Assembly (NCBI GenBank): GCA_010909165.1
Contig: VJWM01000016.1
Location: 827,086 to 891,085 of the forward strand
Direction of reading: 5' to 3'
Length of the DNA stretch: 64,000 bases
Origin: Anthoceros angustus
Lineage: Eukaryota > Plantae > Anthocerotophyta
Part shown: positions 13,494 through 25,794 of the stretch, in pieces
How positions within the stretch are numbered: the first letter of the stretch is position 1
Layout of the letters: every line of letters starts with the position of its first letter
The notes under the pieces: model-generated
What the model saw: only the letters and a program-made list of their open reading frames with translations
What the model was told of the DNA's origin: nothing
Databases searched by the model: none
Translations under genes and position numbers: made by a program

Positions 13494-16113
13494 TTAGGGT
13501 TTTCTGCGCCACCGGTGGATTTGTGCTAGCGGGTCGGCTTCATGGTCCACCTCCACAACCTTGCCTAGCAGAAGGCCCTCGGGGTCATCTGCGGCTGGAC
13601 CGCAATCATCATGCCCGCTTGGATCTCGATAGATCCTCGGCTTGTTGTTCCAACCGTTCCGCCTAGCGGCGATCCTGCGGCACCGATAAATCTCTCGGTC
13701 CTGTCCAAATATTCGTCTTGCTAGTGCTGCATCCACCACTACTTCGTCCGGAAACATCACGGGAGGTTCTTGAGCATGCGCTTCCCGGTTATACCATGTC
13801 CATGCCATTTCCAATGGACGAAGATGACCTGACGCTACTAAACCCGCTATTGCCAACTGCTCCTCCCAAAAACCATCCCACCAAGATAGCTGCAACGCAT
13901 TGAAGATTTCTGTGGAAGTTCTTAACTGTCTATTGTCTTCCACTCCAGCCATAGCCTCGGGACATACATGTGGATGCTCCTTTGCTCCTTGCCCTTCGCC
14001 TCACATGCGGTGGTACCGGTGGAGCCGCAACAATCTCCTCTCGCACTCCATCCCGTGGTGAACACCACCATCCGGGGTCCATTGTGGTGTGGAAAATTGC
14101 TTGCACCTCAAAGACCGCCACAAACTCATGACTAGGCAACTCCTCCCGAGTGACCTTAAATTGATGTTGAAAACGTGGTTGTGTAGATCGTTGCGGGGAG
14201 AACCTCCGGGCGGCCATAAATATTGCTTAAAATCAGGCACCTCCTTCATGAGATGGACCTTCGGCGTAGGAGTACAAGCCCTCTCCAAGCAAGCAATCAA
14301 CTCCGGCAATGTGTATGCCTCTTTCAAGTTCAGCACAACAGAAAAACGGGAAAACATTTGATCAATCGATCATGGGTATGGCCAACAATGAGAAACCCCA
14401 CTTTAACCTTCTTAAAAATACCAATGGACACCAACATCGCAATACGCCAACACCTCCTGGTTCTTGTTACGAGCCATTGTATTGTCCATCTGCAGTAAAG
14501 AGTTTCGTGCAATTGCCCTCCCACAAATTAATCACATGCTGGATTACGAATTGTGCCGTTAGGATCATTCCGAATATTGGGTAGCTCGGTACACATAAGT
14601 GCGCATGAATTTGTTGAACACCAAAACCCCAACCACATGGATGTAGATTAGGGCACTATCCACATCTTTGGGCACTCTACGGAAATGAGGCAACTCAGTT
14701 TTTTTCTGGTCCATACCATCTATCGCAATCCCTATGTACTTGGTCGGTTGAGCCATACACTTCCCGCGATGCTTCGCCATTTTCCTCCGCTCCATCTATT
14801 GTTGATCCCGGTGATAATTGAGGAGTTCTCTGTTTCTATCTGCACATACAAGGGCCACCATCAGGACACGCACGCGCAACAACGCAAGTGTTCCCCCTGG
14901 CCCAAAGTCATCGTGCCAAACCCTAAGTCTCCTAAGGCCATAGGGTTTGCGCCCTCTACCGATACCACGGCCATCCAATCACCGGACATCCGGTGCTTGA
15001 TGATAAGGTAGAGGATTCTCGGTTGTACCTTGCTCTTTGTCGTTCCCGGCGTTTTTTATTTTAGCTTTTAACTTCTCACAGATAGCACAGACGGAGAAGC
15101 GGTTGGATCTTGGTATTTTAACAGACCTGAAGTGCCGTATCCACAACTTGCGTAAATAGTAACATACATGTGCGGTAATCGCTCTTGCTGTCTAGCATAC
15201 TCAATATAAATCTCCTCCTTCGTGAATGTATCGGTGTTAAAGACTTCCCTATTGGGTAGCCTTTCCACATTTCCTTTGAAAACAAATCCATCCACATTAC
15301 ACTGTAGACCATACGGTAGGTATTTTTCCGGCCAGGCTCGGCAAACCTCGTCCCCTTCTCAGATGCGAGCATTCTACTGAGTGCCCCAATGCAAAACACA
15401 CGGCAAAATGCCCTCACACACACCGAAACCTTTCCGTGTGGTAGCTTGTTCAACCATCCGGTCACGACACCAGTTTCGTCATCTTCGATCACATCAATCT
15501 GGTCCTGCAAATGCTGTTCCTGCTCCCCCTTACTCATCGAAAAAAAGGCCACGCGACAGGCTTTTAGCCTGCCATGTCCCAACTTTCCTATGCACTTTCT
15601 CCCACAGCACTGCCTCCTCAGGTCTGCACATAGCTTCGCCCGACTACAGTGCTTCGCCAAAACATTGTCCACCTTATTCCTTGCAGCATGGTTCTTGGTG
15701 GAACACATAACCCCATCCATAGACTGCAACTCCAACCCCCTCGACTTGGGATTAGCAGGGAGCAGCATTTCTGGCAATTCTGCCAGGAGGCCTCGTTCTG
15801 CCTCCTCTCCAAACAGTGCAATCGGATCTCGTACCACATTTGGTCTCCCCCGCCTTCCACTCCCAGAACCTCCTTCACCCACTCCTGCAAACTCCAAACC
15901 AAAATCAACAATGCCATAGACCTTCTCACCACAGTCCGGCGACTCAGCAACACTCTCTGTTTCCGATTCCGTGCTATTCTCGGTTGTGGCCTGCGGTGAA
16001 ACACAACGCGTTGAAAATACTCCTGCGACCCACATGGATCTGTAGGCGCCACCTTGTCTCCCTCTGCGCGGCCAGGACACACCCGCTTGGCCCGGGGATT
16101 TGGATCTGGGCAA
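13494..16113 (-). pseudogene. Frameshifted DDD-type transposase
   Basis: Cys-rich N-terminal part (CCGRKC, VCVRAFCRVFCIG), then IAIDGMDQKKTELPHF, QMDNTMARNKN and FKKVKVGFLIVGHTHDx(I)DQMFSRFS, spread over several frames. The three Asp residues fit an RNase H-fold catalytic triad. Confidence 0.75.
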
Positions 16114-17309
16114 AACATCCTCGCCAACTTCTTCGCACCCGGTGACTTGAACAAGCCAGGGTAAATGGTACCTGGTGCAGGCTGCCGAGGCGGGCCAAGA
16201 TTGCGGATATCGGGGGAGGGATATCGAGGGCGCCGCCTCTCTTGTTCACGGCGGCGGGCACGAGCTACCGCCGATCCACATGGTGCAATTTCTTCGCGCG
16301 CGCCTCGTTAAGTGTCCACCAGATCGAACAAAACAAGTCTCCATCGCTTGCGACCTCGTCCGCTATACCACCGCAGGCGGTGTCATCCAAGTCGATGTGT
16401 GCCCAGCTTCTTGACTACAGACATTCACCGGACGTCCGCGGTTCCCTTGGTTGTCCACTCAAGCGCCGCCAAGTCCACGATGTCGGACTCGGACACATGC
16501 CCGAGATCTTCATCGATCACTAGTCGCGTTCACCAAATCAAAGAACTCTTCCTCTGCGAGGTCACCGCCATTGCGCTACCAAAGAGTAGAAGAAAGTGCT
16601 CACAATGTGCTCGGCGGGAAGACGCGTAGCTAGACATGTTCAAACTTGTATCCAGCCTCGTGGCCCGCTCGTAATCAATTATGTGATTGGCCGGATGTAA
16701 ATTGCGGCTCTGATCCTGAAGTCTCGTTAATTGCCTTATGATTGCAAGGATCGAGGCGAGGAGGTTATGCAAAGGCGAAACATGTTTAGCCGATGGCAAA
16801 ACATGGAATATTCTCATAAATATGCTTTACTACTTGTTTTGCCGATGTGCCTTTGGAGCGCGAATGAAGGCTAAACTTGGCGACGATCGCATTGGATGAT
16901 TTCCCATGCGAGTGGAATTGCGAATTGTCACGACGATGCCGAGTCGCTCTCTTGCACATCGTGACCCCACATAGTCATACTACCTTCCTCCACCGCTGGA
17001 AGACCGATTTTGGCGCCAACTGGTGAGATGGTGGATATATTGAGCGAGGGACAAAGCGATGATTTGTCTCTTATCCCTCGTATTCAGCGGGAATCGGAGT
17101 GTCTTCGAATTCTGCGTGGTTTCATTGAAGGTCAACACCGCTCCAACCTCACAGCCATCCGTGTTTCACGAAGAACATACCAGGTCCCGTTGATGTGCGA
17201 CGCGCTGTTTCGACAATCCTTAATGCTTGCAGTCAATTATGTGCTCACCTCATGTTATACTTGCTAGTATGTCCAATGTTCTCCTTGCTACAATGGGTTG
17301 TTTGGCACA

Positions 17310-20300
17310 GATGGGCCCTCAAACAGAAGCGGAGCAAAGGCGCCAAACCCGATGGAGCGCTAGCGGGGGAGAAAAAACGGACCAGGCGGCAGGCCTTTGA
17401 TTCGCAGGGCCCCATGGAGACTGTGACCAGTCCGGATCCGAAGGCATCAAGATGCATACCCCGACACCTGTGAACCCGCGCCCCACGACAACGTCCCCAA
17501 CTAGAGCAACTTTCCAAAGTCCTTACAAGCAAGCAGACATCGACATGATCGGAAGGATGCTTCAGGACAACTCTCCTTTCGATATATCTGACACGAGTTG
17601 GACTGTGCAACAACGTCCTGCAGGACGGTTGGTATTTCTGTACCTCTTGGGTGCTGGACAAGCCAGTTCAAAGCCCTCATGTCTTGGTGCTGTTTTGTTC
17701 ACGCAATTCGTGGAGAAGGATGACCAAGGGTATGTCATTTTTTTGTGTACACTGAAGACAAACCAGCTTCTGAAACTTGACCCCAATGTCGTCCGAGTCT
17801 ACTCAGCTGTGATCAAGAATTTTGACACGGTGGCTTGCCAGCCGGAAAGCGTCCGTGAAGAACTGCAGGCTTGCAGAAAAATGATGGGCACAGAGTTTTC
17901 CACAAGGTAATGCACCAAGTATGTTTAGAAGGCGTTAGGCAGGCTGCTGGTACTCTGTCGGATTCAGGTGTAAACCCACCCGTCGCCGCAGTGGGTGGTA
18001 GTGGATCATCGGCCGGTGAAAGCAGCATAGGACGGCACATCGACTTGACGGGAATTCAAAGCATCCAAGCGGTGCATCCGCCGGCAAGCACACCAGCAGT
18101 GCATCTGCCAGGAAGCAACAACAGAGCACTGCATCAGCCGGGAAGCATCTTGAAGATGGCGGAAATCATTTCACAAGGGCATCTACAGGAAAGCAACCAG
18201 CTTCACCGGGATGCAACCGAGCAAAGGCATCCGAGGGAAGCATCCTGCAATGCCATGGTGGGGAAACATCCTAGCATTGCATCTGCTCAGAGGTCTGCAA
18301 TACAACCAATTGCAAATGATCCAGCAGCATCGGCGTCGGTTTCCGTCGGCCCCCGAGCCAATGCGTCCGGTGTGCACCGGACGTCCCGGGTTTTGACTAT
18401 GGCCAACAGACTTGGTGATTCTTCAAGGCTACAGAAGGAAGCTAGCTTGACCGGGTATGACGAGGATATGGAGAACGACGGTGAGGACACAGAGGACTAT
18501 GCGATGGCGTCCTACCCGCCGAGGAGGACGAAGATGATCAAGACGGTGAAGATGGCTCAGAAGCCTGGAAGGAGACCTGCGAGGCTAATGACGATGAGCA
18601 TGACCTCGAGGTCCTGTCCCCACTGCATGATTGCTCACAGCGGTCTTGGCTTGTCCGGATCGCAGGAGGGTGCAGCAGTCGCCCGTGGGAATGCATCAAA
18701 GGCGGCGAGGAGGAGGGAGAGATGGCAAACCAATCGATGAGAAGGCGCGGGCCAGTAGTGGCAAAGCCAAGAAGGCAAGGGCAAACGGAGAAGCCTGCAA
18801 TTGCAATTGGGAGCGAAGAGTCGGAGGAGGAGGATGAACCGCTTCCGTGTTTGTGGAGATTGCCAAGGATAGCGCGGTGGCTACAGACGATGTGAGCTTC
18901 GCCATCAAAGCGTATGCAAGCCGGACGTGGAAAGGGACGTATCGCAATGAAGAGAGTGTGGGAGTCTACTCGCCAATCAAGTGTTGCACCCCAGGAATTG
19001 TGTCGATGTGGTGAGGAAGTTGGATCTCGCATGGGTAGAGGCTTTGATGCAAAAGATGAAGCATTGTCCACTGGGTGGTGTGTTGCCCATGGTTGTGGTT
19101 GTGGATCCGTCACAATGTGCTACACAAGAGAATTTCAACGTTCAGAAGGTGGACAGGGGGGATTACATTTTTTTCGTCTTAGGGGAAACCATTCCTTCCG
19201 TGCAAGGTCCCTACTGCCTCATCTGCACTCCACCGTGGAAGAGTACAAGTGGATGGATGCATATGTGCTCATTGGACTCAGAGGGCGAGATGAGGATCGT
19301 AGCCACGGACCACAACACCATAGCGACGCCAGAAGACATTTACCTTCATGGACCGTGTGCGTTACATCGTGAGTTCTTGTCTCGGAGGTCGAAGGGTTTG
19401 AAGTGTGACGTGGATTGGAAGCTAGATGTGTATGCACGACAGGTGATCCCCAAGTGGGATGCGACCAAGCATGGCCCCAAGGTGCGATATCACGCCGTGG
19501 ACAATAGGACCTTTGGATTATTGTGTGGCTAAAGTTGACGAAGTGTGGAGGTATGTGGACGAGATTTTGAGAAGTGGGAATGTAAGCAACTACGAGCGGA
19601 TAGATCTTGCCCGAGCACTAGCGGTAACAGCGAAGGCTACAAGGAAGTCGAGGAAATGCAGCCGCGAGAGATCTTGTGGTCATCGATGTGAAGGAATCGG
19701 ATGTTCTGTGAGAGTGTGGAAGTGTTTTCGTGGTATCGAGCACTCAAGCAACAACAATTTGAAGACGGCATGCATGAAGGTTTTGGCTGGAGAAATGAGC
19801 TTGAAGCAAATGCAAGAGTGGGTGGAGAAGGCCAAAAAATTGAACCTCATTCACATCACCCTTGCGAAGAACCTGAATTGTGAGACTTTCCAGCAGGTTA
19901 GGGATCGATACCCTCAATACAGCACGGTGGAGCAGATCAGCAACTTTCAACCGGCATTCAAAAATATGGTAAGTGACATGGACGGCAAGCACCGGCCACC
20001 CGGTGCATGTGATATGTACTAAACAGAAATATGCTTGTTTGCGCATGGTTTGTTTCCACGTCTGACAGTTGGAACTTTGCCATTGCGTGCAGCGGGCCAA
20101 TGCCTGTCTCGAGTGGAGTGCACTCCCTGACAATTTCAAGGAACATGTTTTGAAAGCCAAAGCTTGGAGGATAATGGCAGATGAGCAGCGACAATTGTTG
20201 GAGGCCTCCAGTACCGAAAAGTTACAGACTTTCAGGGATGACGCCGGAGAACCTGCAGGGTAGGTATAGTATGTGGCAACATCGTGCAGATGGCCCAGTT

Positions 20301-20910
20301 TCTAGAACCCCGTCCGTTTGCCATGATTCTGTTGGACTTGCCCCGGGGGTTGAATTTGGATGCGAACTCTAGGGAGTATGACACGCGGTTCACTCGTCAG
20401 GAATTTGAGAAGATCATAATGACATTCCAAGGCATCACAACGTCTGAGGTTTTTCGAGTCGTGGTATTCCATTCGCCTGATGATATGTCCATGGTTCGTG
20501 AAGTTTTGCTTGCAGCATGTAAAGGTGGTGTCACGTCGTGCTTCTGGCACAAAACTAATGTGACGGCACCCTCCACAGATAAGCTGTATGATGCAGGTGA
20601 TTACATCACCACGGGCGCAGGCTCCTTAAAGCAGGATTGTCTGCCTCAGCATTTCTCCCTCAGTGCAGCAGCTGATGTTATGAATGACGGAGGGTTGACA
20701 ACTTGCTTTGAGAAGGTCATGGAACATAAGCTATGTTACAACACGAGATGATAGGGTGGTTTCCCCTACGAAGCCCATTAGATTGTTGAGGAAGTTGATT
20801 GAGTACACAATGGAAGGCGAGTGGATCCTAGATGGTTGTGCGAGGCTCTGGTTCGGTATGGTAGCGACCCTCAAGTCGCCGCAATGTCATTTCGATGACG
20901 TAGATCCCGA
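17310..20910 (+). pseudogene. Transposon cargo: ParB-like domain plus C-terminal beta-class DNA N6A/N4C methyltransferase, frameshifted
   Basis: RKLDLAWVEALMQKM...PMVVVVD...YIFFVLGGNHS (frameshift-corrected), then ILLDLPRG (motif IV-like), CFWHKTN, SPTKPIRLLRKLIE and EGEWILDGCA/GSGS (motif I, +1 frameshift at ~20843). Confidence 0.65.
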
Positions 20911-22471
20911 GCGGTGCAATTCATGGGTTTGCGGCTCAATACGATGGACAAGCGCCAAGCGAGGAGGAGGAGGTGGGAGGCGTTGGCGGGTATGCACCCA
21001 AGGCGTGCGACAAGAGCCCATGGTGAACACATCGCGGTGGCGAGGTTTTTGTGGGTGCAGGCGGCGTGCGGACAAGAAGGCGCGATGCACAATTGAGGCG
21101 TGTCGATCCACTTTCGGCTGGTGTTGTAGGACATCCGTCGACAAGTGCAGGGGAGGTTAGTGAGAAACGCGCAGCGCACATTGGCGAGATGGCTGCGAAG
21201 AGGCTTTTGCAACATTGGGGGCGATGGATCGAGGTCCATCCTTGAGGACGAGAAGTATGATGGCCGATTGACTCTCCGGACAACTTCGCGTGACCAAAAC
21301 AAACTTGTAGCATCCGAATCGGATTGGGAGAGAGTTGTGAGGGCTAGGAAATGCAGGGCGACCGGTTGGGTTAACGTTGCTTTTGTGTTGGACTCAAAGC
21401 TTTGAGACAACTTACGTCTGACAGCCCCATGTCTTACAACACCGGACAGCCGGTGATAAAGGCATTCGGTGTCCATTGTGTCCGATTGATCCAAGCTCGG
21501 CTTGCGAACCATTTTTGTTCACGATGGCTTTTCGGGCAAGGGAGAAACATGGTCGGCTGAACAACATTGCATCAATGAGCATCCTCATGCATATCCTTCA
21601 ATCGAACACCGGAAAAGGGGATTGAGAACTACGCCACGCCGCCCAATCGCCATTTCCTGAGCACCGCGTCACGGCGCATTGGTGTGCATGAGTTGGCCCC
21701 TGCGAGGCGAGGCGTAGGGAAGGCGGTAGTGGCACCCGATTCGAGCTTCGTCCATGTGCGTGAAGTGTCATGGCCGAGACCTTATCGGAATTGCATTTCG
21801 CACATCGACCATGCCGGGCGCTTATACCAGACCAACGAATAGCGAAATGCATTGCTATAAGAAATTCGGTCTGAACACGGCCACACGGGGTCTATTGTGG
21901 TGGAAAGCCTTCGCCGCGCGGGTGATTAGTCGCGGACATGATGAATGCATTCATCATATGCATGTAAAGGGACGATGTCACGATGCGTGTACGACCGCAT
22001 TGAACCCGCAATTGTAAATAGATTGCCGCAGGTGTGTCCGAAAGGCCGGTATGAAGTTGAGATTTCATCCAATTTCGGTAGTGCAACCTCGGGCTGCACA
22101 CTAAAATGGATTCATACCATTCGCACATTCACGGATGTCCGGGTCATACAAGTCTGATACAATGTCGTCGCTCTTTTTTGGTGATCGGACCCTTAAACTC
22201 ATTTTGTGGACCTTTTTTTAATATCCATTTTGTGCGGCCTATAAATTGCATGTATCTGTCTTAAAGAATTGGCAGAAATTCATGAGAACTTGGAGGAGTG
22301 TAGACCATGTGAAGGTCTTATTACCTTAAAACCATTGAAATGCATGGTTTCATTCTTAAAGTCACATCTTTATCATGCAATTTTTTTAAAAAATTCTGCA
22401 AATTATGAAATTCAAGCTTTTTTATTTCCAGGTCCCAAATTTCACCCCCTCAAAACCAGAGACGAGGAGCC

Positions 22472-22497
22472 GTCTCCCACTCTTAGGAGACCTTGTT
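22472..22497 (-). repeat. Right terminal inverted repeat
   Basis: GTCTCCCACTCTTAGGAGACCTTGTT, the reverse complement of the left TIR. Confidence 0.85.
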
Positions 22498-22900
22498 TAA
22501 AGGTCAGTGGGAGCCTAGAATGCGAGTTTTAGAGGAGAGCTAGGTGTCATGGGAGCCTAGAGTGTGAGTCTATAGAGTGTGAGCCTAGAGTGTGTGCCTA
22601 GAGTGTGTGAGTGTGAGCCTAGAGTGTGTGAATGTCAGTGGGAGCCTCGAGTGCGAGTGTGTGAGTCTATAGTGTGAGTGTGTATAGAGGAGATCTGGCT
22701 GTCGTGGGACCCTAGAGTGTGAGAGTGAGCCTAGACTGAGAGCGTGAGCCTAGAGTGTGAGGGTGTCTTCTAGAGAGCTGGGTGTCCTAGGAGTCAGAGT
22801 GTGAGGGTGTCTACAAGAGAGTTGGGTGTCATTGGAGCCTAGAGGAGAGCTGGGTGTCTAGAGGATAGCTCTCAAGAATATGAGGGGAGAAAGCTAGAGA
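22498..22900. repeat. Host repeat continuation with degenerate GAGCCTAGAGTGTG subrepeats
   Basis: Reverse-complement similarity to 10350-10440 and 23600-23780. Confidence 0.7.
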
Positions 22901-22908
22901 GAGATATG

Positions 22909-23010
22909 TACCTCATTTGGTACTAAAAATTCAGTGAAAATATACCTCATTTGGTACTGAAACTCAGAAAAAATATACCTCATTTGGTACTAAAAATTCA
23001 GGAAAAAAAT
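22909..23010 (+). repeat. 3 x ~34-bp tandem repeat (TACCTCATTTGGTACTAAAAATTCAG...)
   Basis: Read directly from the sequence. Confidence 0.85.
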
Positions 23011-23330
23011 ACGGGCGTGTATCCCTTCCTTTTGACTATCGTTCGGGACCACCATTGTCCAACCCGGATGTCTGCAGTATGACATATGGGCCCATTGCCA
23101 TGCAGACACATGACACTAGACCTGGCTCGGTTCGGAATGCGTGCCTTGTAGACACATGACACCATACCTGGCCTGGTTCATAATACGTTTGGTCCCATTT
23201 TTTCAGGTTTGGAATGCGTTTCTTCCCATTTTTTCACCTATTTTATCCTTTTAAAAACGACAGATAGATCACAACGAATGCTGTTTTTTAATCACAATAA
23301 TAAGAAGCCTTGTATGAGAAGCATGCAACC

Positions 23331-23780
23331 CTGGATCTAGTTTAGTAAGTTATAAGTAGTGGTGGTAAGACTCAACTTAGGGCTTAAGGAAGTTAGTCTG
23401 CTCTAGGAGTTACTTTGGGAATGATGTAAGCCTCTCTATAAAAGCAGATGAGGCTAGTCCTAAAGAGGATCATAGGACCTAGAGAGGAGCATACTATGAT
23501 CCTAGCATTGGGAGTTACACTCGGGAGGATAGGACTATTCCAGCAAGAGTCAAGAATATATGAGAGATCATAGAGAGCTCCCCAATCTTTACCTAAGTTA
23601 GGCGCTTAGCTCTCTCCCCTCGATCTCCTCCTCAAACAGCTCTCCTCTAGCACGCTCACACTCTAGGCTCCCGAGGCCTGTAGGCACCTCAGTCCTATCC
23701 TCACAAGAGTGTAACCCTAAGTGCTAGGATTCTTCTAGACATGCTCACACTCTAGGCTCCCAAAGCCTTTAGGCACCTTA
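23331..23780. repeat. Further copies of the host repeat family, one inverted and one direct relative to 10292-10640
   Basis: Shared blocks TATTCCAGCAAGAGTCA, CTTAGCTCTCTCCCCTCGATCTCCTC and AGTCCTATCCTCACAAGAGTGTA. Confidence 0.8.
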
Positions 23781-23913
23781 GTGCGGTGCTGGTAGCTACT
23801 TGGAGGCCTAGTGTTGTGCTGGTAGCTACTTGGAGGCCTAGTGTTGTGCTGGTAGCTACTTGGAGGCCTAGTGCTGTGCTGGTAGCTACTGGAGGCCTAG
23901 TGCTGTGCTGGTA
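23781..23913 (+). repeat. 30-bp tandem repeat, about 4 copies (GTGCTGGTAGCTACTTGGAGGCCTAGTGTT)
   Basis: Read directly from the sequence. Confidence 0.9.
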
Positions 23914-24075
23914 TCCGGTGATGTTTTTGCCGCTGCGTGACTGCCCACCTTGCTAAAAGGGGGTGTTACTACAATACCCTTATTGGGTGCATTAAAAAAA
24001 CGTCGTATATTTGAAAATATCGAGGTTGGAGACACCCACCAAAGACTCATTTTGAGTCTTTGCGTCCACCTGGGG

Positions 24076-25794
24076 TTAAACGAAGGCGGTGTCAACTTCG
24101 CCATAGGCAACACCCACTTCATCATCCTGATCGTCTTCGTCATACACCACTCTCATGTACAACTGTACGGTCCCAACTGTCAGAGCTGGTAGTCTATTTA
24201 CACCCTCAGGGCCTGCTTCTACTCGTAAAAACGGCCACCTTAGCCGCTCGGCTGCTTCGCATTCTTCCATGCCGTCGCCAATCACACAAAACCTGGTTGC
24301 TGGATGAGAGTATCGCTCTTTGATTCCTCGGAAGCAAGCTAACTTGTCAACAACACGGGAGCTGTAAACTGCAGAATGGCACAGACCAGACAAAAGCCGC
24401 GATCAGTCTCGTCCTTCACAAAGCGTAAGACGGACACGAAAGTAGCACAGGATGACATGGAGCTGCTTACTCTTGTCACATTCTATGAATGGGTCGAGCT
24501 TGAAGAGTAGGCACTTTACAATACTTGGTATGAGAACCCCTGATGTCACCAATACGTTCACACTACGACTCCTCCTCGTTTTCTCCGTCATGGGTGAACC
24601 ATTTTGGTCGACCACGACTGCTGTGTCGTTCCGGCCATCACGATCACCTTCATGTACCTTCAGGCAGTCGGCTAGGAGTGCCCTTCCTGCGAGGACCAAA
24701 ACGGACCAAGACATGTTCAAATGAGCATTTCACAACATACATCGTCAGGGAGGCAGGACGCGAGATACACCGAGAAAGCACATACCTGCAGAAAGCCATC
24801 CGTCTGTGTACTTGTCGGTTGCCTCATACAGCCTGTTCCATTCGGCTAGCTCTTCTTCCGGCAATAATCTTTCCAATCCCTGAAAGTGTACAAAACAACG
24901 GTGAGTCCGCATCAATCATAATGACACTCCTCCACACTGTTACTGGAACCCAACCCAAGGAGGCACCCTATTACCTGAGAGTACAGATGACTGACCCATC
25001 GATGGCGGTACGCAAACTTCCTCAGACTCACAGCATCCGACGGAACCTTAAACCCGTCTGCGCCAAAGCTGTAGCCAGACAAATCTGCCCCATCATCATA
25101 TTCAATCAGCGAGCTGATATTCGGTTCACAAAATTCCTCAACCTGCTTGCAGATCACCCCACAGCCTGTCTAGTGAGCAAACCACACCAACTACACTTCG
25201 CTTCCAGACCAAAACCCCAAGCTGAAACGTCGCAACAGTACGTGTCCATTAAAGTGCAACTACCTCCTCGAAAAAGAAATGGGAATCGCAGACACGAAAT
25301 ATGAGCCTCTCCCAGCACCGCCCCAGCAAGGCTCCCAACTCCGGGTCCTTGGCTTGGCCATACAACTTCCCATACGTTCCCTTCTTCAGCGAATTGAAAA
25401 TGATAAGCGTCTCATCGAGGTCCCACAGAAACACCGTGCATGCCTCGGACTTGGACCGGCCGTCCTCCGACGCTAACCGTCCGGCCGAAACCTTGATTTG
25501 CGGACTCTTCATCAACGGCGCCTTGTTGCCTGCGTCCAAATCCTCTTCAGTGCCCGACGCCCGGAGCTTCTTCCGGCACTCTTCCTCAGCTTCAGTTTCT
25601 GCCTTCGCCTCGGCTTCTGCTATCGCTCCTGCTTCTGCTTCAATCCCTTTCACTCCGCCCTGACTGGCCTCCGGCTTCAGCTTGAGGGCACGCGAGGGAA
25701 AACAGCACCTGCTCCTGCCCTTCTTACTAGACGAATTTGAAGCAGCGTCCGCGTTGGCAGCTGGGGAACCATCCTCCCCACTCATCAGAAACAT
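24076..25794 (-). CDS. EYA: Eyes-absent (EYA) family HAD protein phosphatase, multi-exon; start codon uncertain
   Basis: VFLWDLDETLIIFNSL (DxDxT), CDSHFFFEE, DDGADLSGYSFGADGF, RKFAYRHR, NVLVTSGVLIPSIVKCLLFKL, VYSSR, FCVIGDGMEECEAA. Confidence 0.93.

Larger units (their letters stand above)
10902..22497 (-). mobile_element. 11.6-kb cut-and-paste DNA transposon (DDD transposase, Sola-like), degenerate
   Basis: Terminal inverted repeats AACAAGGTCTCCTAAGA...GGAGAC (23/26 match). TAAA target duplication at 10898-10901 and 22498-22501. The rejoined flanks restore the host repeat (GCCTAAAGG..TGGGAGCCTAGA, compare the reverse complement of ~23750-23775). Internal transposase remnants are present. 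Confidence 0.85.

Noticed and set aside
10292-23730. LTR or DIRS retrotransposon suggested by the ~200-bp direct repeats
   Set aside because: No gag, RT, integrase or tyrosine recombinase motifs were seen. The interior is explained by a TIR element with its own target duplication.
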